Positions 26,866-39,940 of a DNA stretch of 64,000 nt are shown in pieces. The position numbers were made by a program, and so were the translations under genes. This stretch comes from Paraspadella gotoi. Lineage: Eukaryota > Animalia > Chaetognatha. The number at the start of each line of letters is the position of its first letter. Position 1 is the first letter of the stretch. The notes under the pieces are model-generated. The model worked only from the letters and a program-made list of their open reading frames with translations, did not search any database and had not been told where the DNA came from. Location of the stretch: positions 8,427,008-8,491,007 of the forward strand of contig CM119268.1 of assembly GCA_051294375.1 (NCBI GenBank), read 5' to 3'.

Positions 26866-27984
26866 GAGAGAGAGAGAGAGTTTTTTTCGCGAGGATATTT
26901 TTATCACGTTCGCCAATAGGCATCTCTTCTTTTTCGAGTGGCGAAGGTGAAGGAGGAAAGGAAAGAGAGGAAAGGAAAGAGAGGAAAGGAAAGAAAGTTT
27001 AAGAAAAAGTTACAAAAGAAAATAAAAGAGATTACAAAAAAATTAATTTTGAAGCCATGAGGAGCAAAGGGAGAAGAAAAAAGAGATCTAAAGGGAGAAA
27101 AGAAGAGAAAAGACTTCAGAGAGAAAAAAAAAAATTCGGCCGATAATCACAGATGTGGGCCATCGTCGCTAGAGGTCGAAATTGAGGTGATTACAAACAA
27201 AAGGGAATCTCTATCTTCTCTTTTTCCCCCTTTTTTTTTTCTGTGCCGATGGCTCCCTGGTGGCTAAGTCCCGATTTCGCTCCATGAATAGATTTCCGCT
27301 CAAAGGGCGCTCGGCTTCTTGGCTTCTTATGAAATCCAAAGGCCGCATCGACTTTTGCAGGTTATATTTTTCGGTTAAGTTAGTAAACATGAGGTGACCG
27401 GCTAATGGAATATCGTAAAACGCCGAAGTATATGTGGCCGGGCGAACCAAATTAGAGGACTCGGTTTACTGAAATATAGAAAGCGAATGGAAATTGCGTT
27501 GGCTATTTGTACAATGTACAATGAGGCATTCATTTTTCTAGAGTATAAAAGAGAGAAAAACTTTGGTTTACAATTTTAAAAAAGACTATTTCAAAAATAT
27601 TTTAAAATTAGAATAAGTTTTTGTGACCGGCGTTTGAACAGAGAGATTAATAAAGTTTCATAGCGATTATTGGGCATTTCTTATAGAATTCGGTGGATGA
27701 TTTTATTTTTATTAATTTCATAAAAGTTAACTTTACCCTAAATACTATAATACTAAATATCTAAATACTAATATTATACTAATACTAAATACTAAATACT
27801 AAATACTAAACTACTAAAATACTAATACTAATCGAACTCAATTATGAAATTTAAAGTGATTAATACTTCCGGACAATTTGCGCCACGAGCAAATCGGCGA
27901 AGTTCGGGACGAAACCGAAGATGACCTTAATATCTGCCCAACACGTGCTCGCTTCTGAGACCTTTGTCTGTTGATACCTTTGGG

Positions 27985-28034
<50 letters not shown>

Positions 28035-28312
28035 GATGATAAGATATTACTAAAAACGCCCGGGATGAGGAGAAACAGCCCTTAGGGCGATCCTATTTTG
28101 CGGGCCCTTCCTAGGGTCTTATCCGCAAATAAAACTTTGTGCGCGCCCCCGGCGGGATCTTACCGCTTAACTTTATACTTAAAATCTATCGATTTGTAAA
28201 AGTATCAAAGTAATATTAATTCTTAAATAACTAGGGTATTTTAAAAAAAATTACTAGGCGTATCCTAAACTTGATACAATAATTAAAAAAAATAGCCGAG
28301 AGAGAGGGAGAC

Positions 28313-28356
<44 letters not shown>

Positions 28357-29362
28357 AGAGATTTGATTTGCTATTTGATTTATTCTGCTCATAATGTTAA
28401 TAAAACAAATTTACAATCACAGGATCGCTAAGAGAGCCGCTACATGATATTATGGTACATACAATTATGTAAACAATATAAAATATACAATTAAAAAATT
28501 CTTAAATAAAATAAACGAGAAATCGGTAAATTAAAAAGAAAAATTTTTATATACAGATCATCTTAAGTTTATAGATGGAACCTTTTCCATTTTTTACATC
28601 CATTACATTTTCAATGTTACCAATTATTTTCAATATTTGAAGTATCTTAGATATTTCTCTGAATTCGATTTTATTGTCGTCTTCTAGAAAGTTTATGTTT
28701 TTTCCATTTTAACGCAATAATTGAGACGGTGTTCTTCATCATCGATAGTGTTACATTGTTCACAGATTGTTCTTTAAGATCCTTTGAAGTTTTTTCACAC
28801 TCTAGCATACCGTATTCGCTATCACAAGAGATCTGGTGTTTTGTTTTGGTGCAATTTTAGTAGTTCCTTGCATGGTTCTCTTTTGTAAGTTCCTTTTGTT
28901 GAGGTTATCTATGATTGATTTAGTTTTAGAGAGAGAGAGAGAATCTTCAAGGCAAGGCGGTACCGTTTTGACATCAGCGAGTTTTACTTACCATAAGTGG
29001 ATGAGTAAAGAGGGAGAAAAGAAAGATGGAGTGAAGGTTACGGAGAAATAACTAAGGCGAGGGAACCGTGTGAAGAAAAAAAGTGTGAATAAAAGCGCGA
29101 GTCCGTGTGAAGTCCGGTGAGTCCGGTGAAGGAAAGGAGCTGGGATCAGTTTTTACGAGGATTGAGGGAGAAGGAAGGAAATATTTCTTTAGAGATGCGA
29201 GGAATGAAAAACGGAGAAAGCGTAAATCATCTTATTCCTCTTATTTTCGTCGTCGTTGTCGTCGTCGTCTTTATCGTCGTTGTCGTCGTCTTTATCGTCG
29301 TTGTCGTCCACCCTTCTTGGAATTCATAGTCAGACTTTTATTGCAGTTTTTTTTCATCTCTT
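26866..29362 (+). repeat. Copy of ~13240-16047
   Basis: Colinear; the two versions differ mostly by single-base indels. Confidence 0.9.
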
Positions 29363-29674
29363 GAGTATCATCCATCACCAAGATTTGCCAATAAACGTTT
29401 ATGTCGTTTATGAGGTATCATATATATTCACTGACTTTCTCAGCATTTCTTTTTCCTAAAATCTGGATATGCGTTTCGCATGATTCCTCTACGTTCAATG
29501 TCCTTATAAAATTGACTTGAGTATGAAAAATATCGCCAAATCGATTTGATTTGTTTATATATATATANNNNNNNNNNAGTTTGGTCAAGAATAATCAACA
29601 AACTTCGTTAATTGATTATATTTATAATCTTAAATTTAGATAATTAAGTCATTTCCTTCACCTGCTCGAGAGAC

Positions 29675-30475
29675 GATCTGAGCGTTGTCTCATCATCGAA
29701 AGCTAGTACATTGTTCCACAGTTCTTTAAGATCCTTTGCAGTTTTTCACACCCTAGCATACCGTATCTCGCACAAAAGAGACTCGTTTTCGTTTTCGTGC
29801 ATTTAAGTAGTTCTTGCACTGGTTCGTTTGTAGTTCCTTTTTGAGCCGTTATCTATGATTGATTAGTTTTACGAGAGAGAGAGAGCATTTCAGGCCAGGC
29901 GGTAACCGTTTGACATAGCGAGTTTACTACATATAAGTGATGCAGTAAGAGGGAGAAAAGCAAGATGGCATGAACGGTTACGCAGAATAACTAAGCGAGA
30001 CGGCTAGAAACAATGCGTGAATAAGCGCGAGTCCGGGAAGTCCGTGATCCGTGAGGAAGACGTTGGCGATCAGTTTTAAACGAAGATTGAGGAGAACGAG
30101 GAAATATTTCTTTAGAGAGCGAGCAATGAAAAAACAGAAAAGCGTAATCACTTATTCCTCTATTTCTCGTCGTGTCGTTTTTTTCGTCGTTGTCGTCGTC
30201 TCTTTATCGCGTTGTCGTCGTCTTTTCGTCGTGTCGTCCACTTCTCGGAATCATACGTCAGACTTATTGCAGTTTTTTTCAATCTCTCTGATATCATGCC
30301 ATCACCCAAGTTGCCAATAAACGTTTATGTCGTTATGAGGTAATCATATATTCACTGACTTCTCCCATTCTTTTCCCTAAAATATGGAATGCTTTCCATG
30401 ATTCCTCTTCGTTCAATGTCCTTAATAAAATTGGATTTTGAGATAGAAAAATATCGCACAATCGATTCTGAGTTA
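29675..30475 (+). repeat. Noisy tandem copy of ~28725-29545 across an N gap
   Basis: Colinear with dense indels. Confidence 0.85.
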
Positions 30476-31262
30476 TAAGTTTAACAATTGGGTTATGATT
30501 TGGGATGATATCTATAATTAAATTTAGATAATTAATCATTCATCCCCAAATTCCAATTAAATGACGCGGCCATCACCTCCAAACCACCTTTTTTCCATCG
30601 CCCACCCCCCGTCATCCCCTCTCACCCTTCACCCAACCTCTTCTCATTAAGGCTCACTCGAGCCTGAGAGAAACCAATAAAATTGAAAGCGTGACATCGC
30701 CTCTTCCTTTCTTTTTTTCTTTTTTTTCTACAATTTCTTTCTTTTTTCCCATCTTTTCTCTTTCTCCTTTCTCTAAGCTTAAAAATTCTCTGGAGTTATC
30801 TATTGGAAAGAATAACATAGAAATACATAAATCGGTCAAGATGAAAATATAGATCGAAAGTTCGGTGCGACTTGGCGTGCTCGACGTTCAAAATAAATAA
30901 TGTACAATTGTAAAATAAATTCAAATTCGCCCTCTCGTTCAAAACTGCATCTTGAAGCTTCTCATACTCGAAACTGAAAAAGGCTTAATTGCAAATCGCT
31001 TTGGATAACCAATATCAAAAAAATAAAATGCATAAAANNNNNNNNNNNNNNNNNNNNNNNNNAATAAAATTTTCTTCTCGGCTTCAGTTTTTGTCGAGTT
31101 TTGAAAATTCTCAGCAAGGAAAACGAATTTATTTTTTTCCTGGAAAAGAAAAAACCAATAAGATAGAAAGAGAATCTCTCGAGAAAAAAGAGAAAAAAAA
31201 AACAAATGTAATTTGAAATTATCATTTGATTATCAATTGTCGGTTTCCTTTTTCGTTGAGCT

Positions 31263-31353
31263 TCAATCTGTATCTGGTGGTGGCATCATTGAACCCCCGT
31301 AGGATTGCTCCCATAGAATCTCTAGGATGGAACCCACGACAGATTGGGCCAAC
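31263..31353 (-). CDS. Candidate terminal exon (E|LAQSVVGSILEILWEQSYGGSMMPPPDTD*)
   Basis: Acceptor ttcaattttag|. The phase 2 reading is compatible with the 39170-39237 exon. No homologue recognised. Confidence 0.3.
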
Positions 31354-34300
31354 CTAAAATTGAACACATTGTATTCCATCCATGCAGGGCTGCGCCCACC
31401 AAGGATTTCGCCCCAGTATTCATATGATTCATCACGGAACTCTTTATTTTTTTAACCGTGCAACAGGTCTTGATTCTGGATAACATCTATTGTTTCTCAA
31501 TGTTTCTGTTGGTTTTTCTGTCGACCCATTATCGTTTTATGTCCTATTTCCTTGCACGAAGTATTTTTATTCGGTCAATTACTCCAATATTCATATTTTT
31601 TTTCTATTAAATTTAACAATTTTGTTTTCTGGGGATTTTTCAATTTTTTCCCTCGAATATCTTTTTTCTTGAAAATCTCAAACGCATTAGCGTAATTATT
31701 TNNNNNNNNNNNNNNNNNNNNNNNNNNNNNNNNNNNNNNNNNNNNNNNNNNNNNNNNNNNNNNNNNNNNNNNNNNNNNNNNNNNNNNNNNNNNNNNNNNN
31801 NNNNNNNNNNNNNNNNNNNNNNNNNNNNNNNNNNNNNNNNNNNNNNNNNNNNNNNNNNNNNNNNNNNNNNNNNNNNNNNNNTTGTCTTCATAGCTCGACT
31901 TTCTTTATCTCTGCGTCGTCGTCGTCTGCCCTCTTTATCATTCTTATCTCCCATTTATTCTATGCTTCTCTCTCCCCGCTTACTATTTCTTTCTTTCTTT
32001 TTCTCTTCTCTTCTTCCATTNNNNNNNNNNNNNNNNNNNNNNNNNNNNNNNNNNNNNNNNNNNNNNNNNNNNNNNNNNNNNNNNNNNNNNNNNNNNNNNN
32101 NNNNNNNNNNNNNNNNNNNNNNNNNNNNNNNNNNNNNNNNNNNNNNNNNNNNNNNNNNNNNNNNNNNNNNNNNNNNNNNNNNNNNNNNNNNNNNNNNNNN
32201 NNNNNNNNNNNNNNNNNNNNNNNNNNNNNNNNNNNNNNNNNNNNNNNNNNNNNNNNNNNNNNNNNNNNNNNNNNNNNNNNNNNNNNNNNNNNNNNNNNNN
32301 NNNNNNNNNNNNNNNNNNNNNNNNNNNATTCTTTTTCAAAAACTACTTTTATTTGCCAAGCTCAAAGCCATCCTTCAAATCCTCACCAGCGATTTGGTTC
32401 GATTCCAACTCGTAATTTTTCATCCTCTCTTTTTTTTTGCCTTCAACTTTCGTCGTCGCCGCGAGATGGAGCGGTAGCGCTTCGTTGGTTGCGTGGAAAC
32501 AAGACTGATTGGCGGAAAACAAATTAACTTCCGGAATCAACTGGAAAACGAGGAATTTAGATCAGAATAAAAGGGAATTGTAGTCGGTAAATAAGGATTA
32601 GATCCGGTCAGCGATCTGGTTGTTAATACGAAAATATAAAAAGAAAGGAAAGACAATCAAAAGCAGCAACAATGAAACGGTTATTTCAATAATATTTCAA
32701 TTATATCAATTGTTATGATACGAAAATGTCATAAATGTCATAACCGCGCCGAGATTTCTCCCAACCGAGACGGAATCATCGTGGCGAACGTCATCGGTCA
32801 ACGCTTTCGAATTACATCCGCGATGAAGGAAGACAATTCGGCTTGAATCGCTGCCTTCGAGATTCTATTTTTAGACTTTTTGTGTTCGACTTCTCATCGT
32901 CGCCCTTCTAGTCTCACCTGCGAATGAGTAAGTCTCATCCGAAGTTTTAAGGATCCTGATTTGAGTTCAGTNNNNNNNNNNTTTTTCGAATTACCAGAAA
33001 ATGCAAAGTCAATGAAAAAGAAGCGGATTATTCATGAACTGGGCTTTCTGCTCTGTCTCTGATTTTCTAGCCAAATTAGTATTTTATACATACTTATCCC
33101 CGTTTTTTAAAATTTTTTTAAATTTAAACAAACATTTCCTTATCAACGCTACTATTTGCCAGCGTTTTAATTAAACTCCCTTCGTTCGTTTCCTCACTTC
33201 GACCGTGAAACCTCGAGACTTTTTTTTCTTTCTTCCTTTTAAATTATTTATTTCCCCTCCCTTTTTTCCCCCGCATTTCTCCGCGACTCAACTTTGTGAG
33301 AGGAAGAGAAGTTGAATCTTTTATTTCTTAATTTTTAAGATTCCCATAAAACAGAAAATAGATTCGACAAATAGTTTGGCCGAAAAGAAACCGGGAGGGG
33401 GTGGAGGAGGAGGCGGAGCGAAAGCTAATTACACGTGATCACAAAAAAAAAATCTCATTTCTTCCTCTCCGAACCTCTCTTCTTTTGTTCCATTTCCTTT
33501 CGTTTTCTTTTCCATCTTTCTTTCGCTTCGCCTCCTCCTTATCGCCCAATATCAGTAGTTTTGATGGTTTTTTAGGCGGCTTTAACCACTCTCTGCTTCT
33601 CCTCTCAGTCTCTCTCTCTCGTCCAGTTCTCTCGGTCTCTGCATCGTCTCTCGACGATCTCTTCTCTCTTCTCATCTCTCTCGATCTCTCTTCGTCTGAT
33701 CTCTCTGCTGCTATCTCTCTTTCCCATCTCTAAAACGTATGCCGAGTCATTTTCATGCGATAACAGTTATTGAAAGGAAGTCGGTCGGAATTTTTAAGTT
33801 CTTGGGTCCCTTTCCTTTCTTCCTCCCTTTCCCTTTTTTTCTCTATTCCTTTCCTTTCTCCCTTCTTTCTCCCCTCCTATTCTTTTTCTTTCCCAAACCG
33901 GGATCACAACGAACTTACCTTTTCTTCAAGGCCGTTTCTCTTCACGAAGGCGCCAGCTCAACTCGCTGACTTCCTATCTTCGCAAGGACTCTAGTACTCG
34001 CTCTTTTTCTCACGTTTAAACTTCCGGTCGTAAGTCATCCACTCATCTTCCCGTCCGGGAGTAATTGCCAACTTCCCTCTTCTCTTAATAATCATTTAGA
34101 AGCTTCTTCCTCGTTTATATCGGCGGTGTTTTGACTATTGATAATAAGAAATCGGAACATTCAAGCATGAGTTAAAGGTAAAAAGGCATGAAGGACTTAC
34201 TGATACTACAGATATCTACAAATTAGTTTTTTATTTTTCATTTTTTCAAGTCTAAATTTATTTTCAAAACTAAATCATCGCTATCCACATTCCACATCTA

Positions 34301-34729
34301 ATCATTAATATCCATTTCATATATTTATTAACCCCATAGTTTTTTTCCTTTCCTCTCCCTCACTTTCATTTTCCTCCCCAACAACAGCAACAGCCTCAAC
34401 CCCCCCCCAACATCAAGGCCGCACCTTTTCTTCCGTCCTCCCATTATCAAGGCCGTTTTCTCCCATTAAGGGGAGGGACTTTTTCCCAGCTCCATCTCCT
34501 TACTCTTCCTGCTAAACGTCCTCCTTTGTTAAGCGCCACAATCGCTGAGTGCCTCAGCTAAGCGCCGTTGCCAAACACGGACTTGTGCTGCTTTATTCAT
34601 CGAAGCGCTATTTCTAACATTATTATCTTTAAATAGTCGGATTTATTTTTTTAAAAATGTTATGTTGAATATGATGGTAATGTGGCAGCAAGACTTAAAG
34701 CTGCCTCACTGCTGTCCGTCCTCAGCCTC

Positions 34730-35090
34730 GTCTCAATGGCTGAGCAGGCTAAATCATCTCATTCCATCCGTGCGTCCCGGGTTCAATCCCTGGGTATCCC
34801 GGTTCTGGCTTAAATGTGACGGTGCCGGTATAAACATGCCAGTGACAGGAGGCGGTCACTGAGGGTCCGCAGCCCCTACGCCAGTTGGTGAGATACCCCG
34901 CGCCCCGGGTATCACAGGCTATCCTCCCGTTGCCATAGTAACTGAGAATCATTAAGGTTAGGATAGATTCGTCCATTTCGTCTTGCACCCCGATTTTCGC
35001 CACTCTTTATTCTTAGTCAATAGATCGATAACTTTCATTCTAAGCCATCCTTGATTAAGCGCCCACATGTCCAAATGCTCCCAACTAGCT
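34730..35090 (+). mobile_element. tRNA-derived SINE-like element carrying a twister ribozyme (3' boundary uncertain)
   Basis: A box TGGCTGAGCAGG (34737-34748), B box GGTTCAATCCC (34780-34790), T-arm CCCGGG/CCTGGG. Acceptor and anticodon stems do not pair, so this is not a tRNA gene. Followed by a GC-rich structured body. Confidence 0.75.
34805..34884 (+). ncRNA. Twister ribozyme, type P5, family A (intact)
   Basis: P5 CUGGC/GCCAG; P2 AUGU/ACAU; G-A-CGG; UGCCGGUA; U|AA (predicted cut 34831/34832); T2 GC:GC; P3 CAGUGAC/GUCACUG; P4 AGGG/CCCU; L4 U-CCG-CA-GC; T1 CCG:CGG. Every element of the twister consensus is present in permuted order. Confidence 0.88.
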
Positions 35091-35099
35091 ACGAGAGAG

Positions 35100-37840
35100 A
35101 GATACCGAAAATATAAAAACGAAAGGAAGACAATCAACAGCAGCGAACAGATGAAACGGTTATTTCAATATATTCTCAATTATATCAATTAGTTATGAGA
35201 GCGAAAAATGTCATAAATGCTCAATACACCGCGCCGGACGATTCTCCTCCAAACTCAACGCAACGCGGAGCATCGAATCATTTCGTGGCGAATGTCCATC
35301 GGTCAACGCTTTATCGAAATTACATGCCGCGATGAAGGGAAGACGGATTCGGCTTCGAGATCGCTGCCTTCGAGATTCTATTTTCTACGACTTTTCTGTG
35401 TTCGACTTCCTGCCCATCGTCGCACTCTCTACCGTCTCACCCTGCGCGACACTGAGTAAGCAGCTCTCATCGCGAAGTTCTTTAAGGATCCTGAATCTTT
35501 CGAAGTTCAGTTCTTCCTTTTTCGGAATTATACCAGAAACTACAAAGCTCAACATCGAAAAAGAAGCGGGATTATTCATCAGAACTGGGCTTTCTCGCTC
35601 TGTCTTCTGATTTTCTAGCGCAGAATTAAGTCATTTTACTACAGCTACTTATCCCCGTTTTTTTAAAATTTTTTTAAATTTAAACCAAACATTTCCTTAT
35701 CAACTCGCTAACACTATTTTCCAAGAGCGTTTTAATTAAACTCCGCTTCGTTTCGTTCTCACTTCGACCGTGAAACCTCGAGACTATTTTTTTTCTTTCT
35801 TCCTTTTAAAATTATTTATTTCGCACCTCGCCCTCGTATTTTTTTTTGTATCCGGCGTTTCTCCGCGACTGCAACTTTGTCGAGAGGAAGAGAAGTTGAA
35901 TCTTTTATTTCTTATTTTTAAAGATTGCCCGCAATAAAACAGAAAATAGATTCCGACCAAATAGTTTGGCCGGAAAAAGAAACCGCGGAGGCGGGTGGCA
36001 GGAGAAGGCGGAGCGAAGCTAATTACAACAGCGTGATCCACAAAAAAATCTCATAATTCTTCCTCTCGCGAACCTCTCTTCTTTTGTTCCATTTCCTTTC
36101 GTTTTCTTTTCCATCTTTCTTTCGCTTCGCCTCCTCCTTATCGCCCAATATCAGTAGTTTTGATGGTTTTTTAGGCGGCTTTAACCACTCTCTGCTTCTC
36201 CTCTCAGTCTCTCTCTCTCGTCCAGTTCTCTCGGTCTCTGCATCGTCTCTCGACGATCTCTTCTCTCTTCTCATCTCTCTCGATCTCTCTTCGTCTGATC
36301 TCTCTGCTGCTATCTCTCTTTCCCATCTCTAAAACGTATGCCGAGTCATTTTCATGCGATAACAGTTATTGAACAGGAAGTGCGGTCGAATGTTTTTAAA
36401 AGTCTTGGGCTGCCCTTTCCTCTTCTTCCTCGCCATTTCCTTTTTTCTATATTCCATCTTCCTTTCCTCCCTTCCTTTATCACCTCCTATTACTTTCTTC
36501 TCCCAAACGCGGGCATCACAACGAACTTACATTTTCTATCAAGGCGCCGTTTCCTCCTTCACGGAAAGGCGCACCGCGTCAACTCCGCTGACTTCCTCTC
36601 TATCGCAAGGCATCTAAGTACTCGCATCTTGTTTCTGCAACGTTTAAAGCTTTCCCGGGTCGTGAGTCATCGCACTCATCTTCCCAGTCCGGGAGTAATT
36701 GCCAAGCTTCCCTCTCTCTTAAATAATCAATTTAGAAGCTTCTTCCTCAGTTTATATCGACGGTGTTTTGATATTGATAATAAGAAAAAATCGGAACATT
36801 GTCAAGCATGAGTTAAAGAGGTAAAAAGGTATGAAGGACATTACCTGATCCATTACAAATACGCATCTCCACAAATTAGTTTTTTCACAGTCTAAACTTT
36901 ATCTTCCAAAACTCAAAATCATGCAGCGCTATCACACATTCTAACAGTCCTAATCATTCACATATCCAATATTCATATATCTTATTACCCGCATAGTTTT
37001 TTTCGCTTTCTCGTCCGCTCCACTTTCATTTATCGCTCCCAAAACCAGCAACAGCGCTGCACCAACATCAGGCCGCACCTTTTCTTCGTCCCTGCCTATT
37101 ATCAAGGCGCGTTTTACTCTCTCGCGCATCTAAGGGGAAGGGACTTTTTCCCCAGCTCCATCTCCTTACTCTTCGCTGCTAAACGCGCGTCCTGCCTTTG
37201 TTAAGCGGCAGCAAGATCGCGCTGAGTGCCGTCAGCTAAGCGCCGTTGCCAACCGGACTTGATGCTGGCCTTTATTCATCGCGAAGCGCTATTTCATAAA
37301 CATTATTCATCCATTCTAAAAAACTAGTCAGATTACTATTTTTTTAAAACATGTTATTCGCTTGAATATGATGGTAATGCTGGCAGCAAGACTTAAGCTG
37401 CCGCTCACTGCCTTGTCCGTCGCTGCGAGGGCGCTCGTCTCAATGGGCCTGAGCAAGGCCTAAATCATCTCATTCATCCGTGCGTCCGGGTTCATCCCCT
37501 GGGTATGCCGCGGTTCTCGGCTTATAATGTGACGGTGCCGGTATAGAACATGCCAGTGACAGGAGGCGGTCAACTGAGGGTCCGCAGCGCGCCTACGCCC
37601 AGTTTGGTATTGAGATACCCCAGCGCCCACGGGTATCACAAGGCTTATCCTTGCCGTTGACCATCACGTAAAACCTGAGAACATCTAAGGTTAGCGATAG
37701 ATTTCGTCGCAATTTCTGTTTGCACCGCCGACTTTTCGCCACCTCTTTATTCTTAGTCAATAAGCATCGCATTAACTTTGCTTCTAAGCCGATCCTTGAT
37801 TAAGCGCGCCACATGTCGCAAATGCCTCCGGCAACTAGCT
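35100..37840 (+). repeat. Insertion-rich copy of ~32625-35090, including a noisy SINE (from 37437) and twister (37516-37602)
   Basis: Colinear with dense extra bases, yet ~36070-36370 is essentially identical to ~33470-33770, consistent with patchy polishing of a raw read. Confidence 0.9.
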
Positions 37841-39169
37841 ATATCGTCATTCCACTAAGCGCATCCTTACTTGCCGACAATGCTTCGCTCCCTTCCGAGC
37901 GCCCTCATTGAGGGCGCGGCGCCGCCGGAACGAAACATTTCACCGGCGATTCTTGAACGGGTATGTTGTTGTTGTGTGCAATGTGTTTGGCCGGTATCTA
38001 NNNNNNNNNNNNNNNNNNNNNNNNNCGGTATTGTTCCGTGAATGGCTTCTTTGCCAAGGCTCTCACTTCGTTCTTATCGCCTGCGACGGTGAGTCGGTGA
38101 CTAAGTTTCTCTTCGCCTTGGTCTTCCCTTCTTCTCATCATCCTTTTTTTAATTTTTATCAATTTTACATAATCCATTAATCATGCGCCACTTACGACGT
38201 ACATTGTACGTACATATGTAAATTGAGTTTCTTTTCAAAGTTAATGTTTATCCCACGAGATTTTCCCAGAGCCTTTAGTATAAGTTCCATGTCGTAATCG
38301 CAGCTTATCGTGAGAGCCATTACTTTGTCTACTTTTACTTTTTTTATGCAGAATTCTGTCTTTTTTTTTAAATTATCATTACGATTTTTTTATATTTACA
38401 ACTACGTACGTATGTATATATTACATCGTTTTTCTCATTTTTTTTCATCCGCTTGTTCCTTAAATCCATGCAAGATAGTTTTTCATTTATTTATTTTCCA
38501 TTCATTGCTGCTTTGACGTTCGCCGAATAACTGCAATCTCACTGTCACTAACATGGATCTGTATTCAAAGGCCCCAGGCGCCTCCTTCACCGCCTGCTCC
38601 GCCTGTTCCCCCTTTGTCGCCGTTCCATCATTGGCCAATGGCATCGATGATGACGTCGGCTTAATGCGCTCTCCCTATTTTTTCCATCGTCGTCTTCGTC
38701 GTCCGATGTTGTCGTTTGAGACAAAAGAACATCGTTACGTCGCGAAAGACAAAGGGGCTCAGCCGGACTCAGCCGGACTCAGCCGGACCTTCGTTGTCAA
38801 TTTAAACCTTCGTTTTCTGCTTTTCCGATGTCGTAGTTGCGCGCGATCAGCTTTCTTGTGAGAGATCTGATCAGAATTGTTCCAGTCTAAACCACGGTCC
38901 GCGAGTTATAGAAAGGCCCACGAACGAGTTGCACGCCAACCAAAAGCGATCTTAATCGGCGCGAGCCGTGTCGTAATATCATGTTATATTTATATTATTC
39001 AGACCTGAGAATAAAAATGAGAAAAAACGACCGCGTTATAACTCGGTGAATTAATATTAATATATATAATATTAATAAATGGGTTGCTGGAAGCAACGTC
39101 AAGTGATGATAAAAATTCCCCAAGAACCCAAGAGGCTCATGGAATTGAAGTTAGATTAGCCATGTTTAC

Positions 39170-39237
39170 TCTCTGGGTGAGACGAAGTCTTGGGCGCTGA
39201 GCTGCGCCTCGGTTGTCCTGTCGCAGGTGGTCGAACT
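39170..39237 (-). CDS. Candidate internal exon (SSTTCDRTTEAQLSAQDFVSPRE)
   Basis: GC-rich island, acceptor atcaatcag|, donor GA|gtaaac. All three frames are open, so the frame is inferred from phase. Confidence 0.3.
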
Positions 39238-39906
39238 CTGATTGATGGATTGGCAAACTTGTTGGGGGCGAAGATTGAGAGATGGAGAAATGGAGAGATG
39301 GGAGATGGGGTCGCTTTGTTTCGGCGCCGTTCTGTGGTGAGCAACTTTACCATAATTTTCTTTTTGTGGAGAAGAAAAAAACGCTGAAGAATAGTCGGGG
39401 AAATAAATTTACGTACAAAGCAAAAAATCGGTATATTTTTATGATTTACTTGAACATAATAATAAACTAACTCAAAGGTTCTACTAAAATATTGTGCTAA
39501 AAATTGGATTCCGCTTTTCGCGCTTTTTTTTTCCCAAAGCGTAACTCTTTTTTTTCTTTCCAAGGGGAAAAAAGGAACATAAATTTTGAAAACGGATACG
39601 GACTTTGAACAAGAAGCTGAGAGGAGAAAAAAAAACAAAGAAACAAAAGAAAGAAGAAAAACTAAGAAAAAAAGTAAAAGGTAATTTGAGGTAAAAACGA
39701 AACAGAGACGCCTGAAAAAAAACCTGCTTTGTAGAAAATGTAATATGTATTAAACGAGTCCACAAGTACAAAGAAAAGAGACTTTTTATTTTTTGACGAA
39801 ATATAACAAACTCGCGACAGGAAATTGGAAATACTCTTTTTCTCTCCGTCGATGCTTATGACCTCTGATTAGTTTTCTCCTTTTTCTTCTTTCAATCAAG
39901 TCTTGT

Positions 39907-39940
<34 letters not shown>

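Noticed and set aside
34730-34800. Functional tRNA gene
   Set aside because: Only the A box, B box and T-arm are intact; acceptor and anticodon stems do not pair and no oligo-T terminator follows.
37516-37602. Independent fourth twister locus
   Set aside because: Lies in the insertion-rich re-copy with the same flanks as 34805-34884; probably the same locus.
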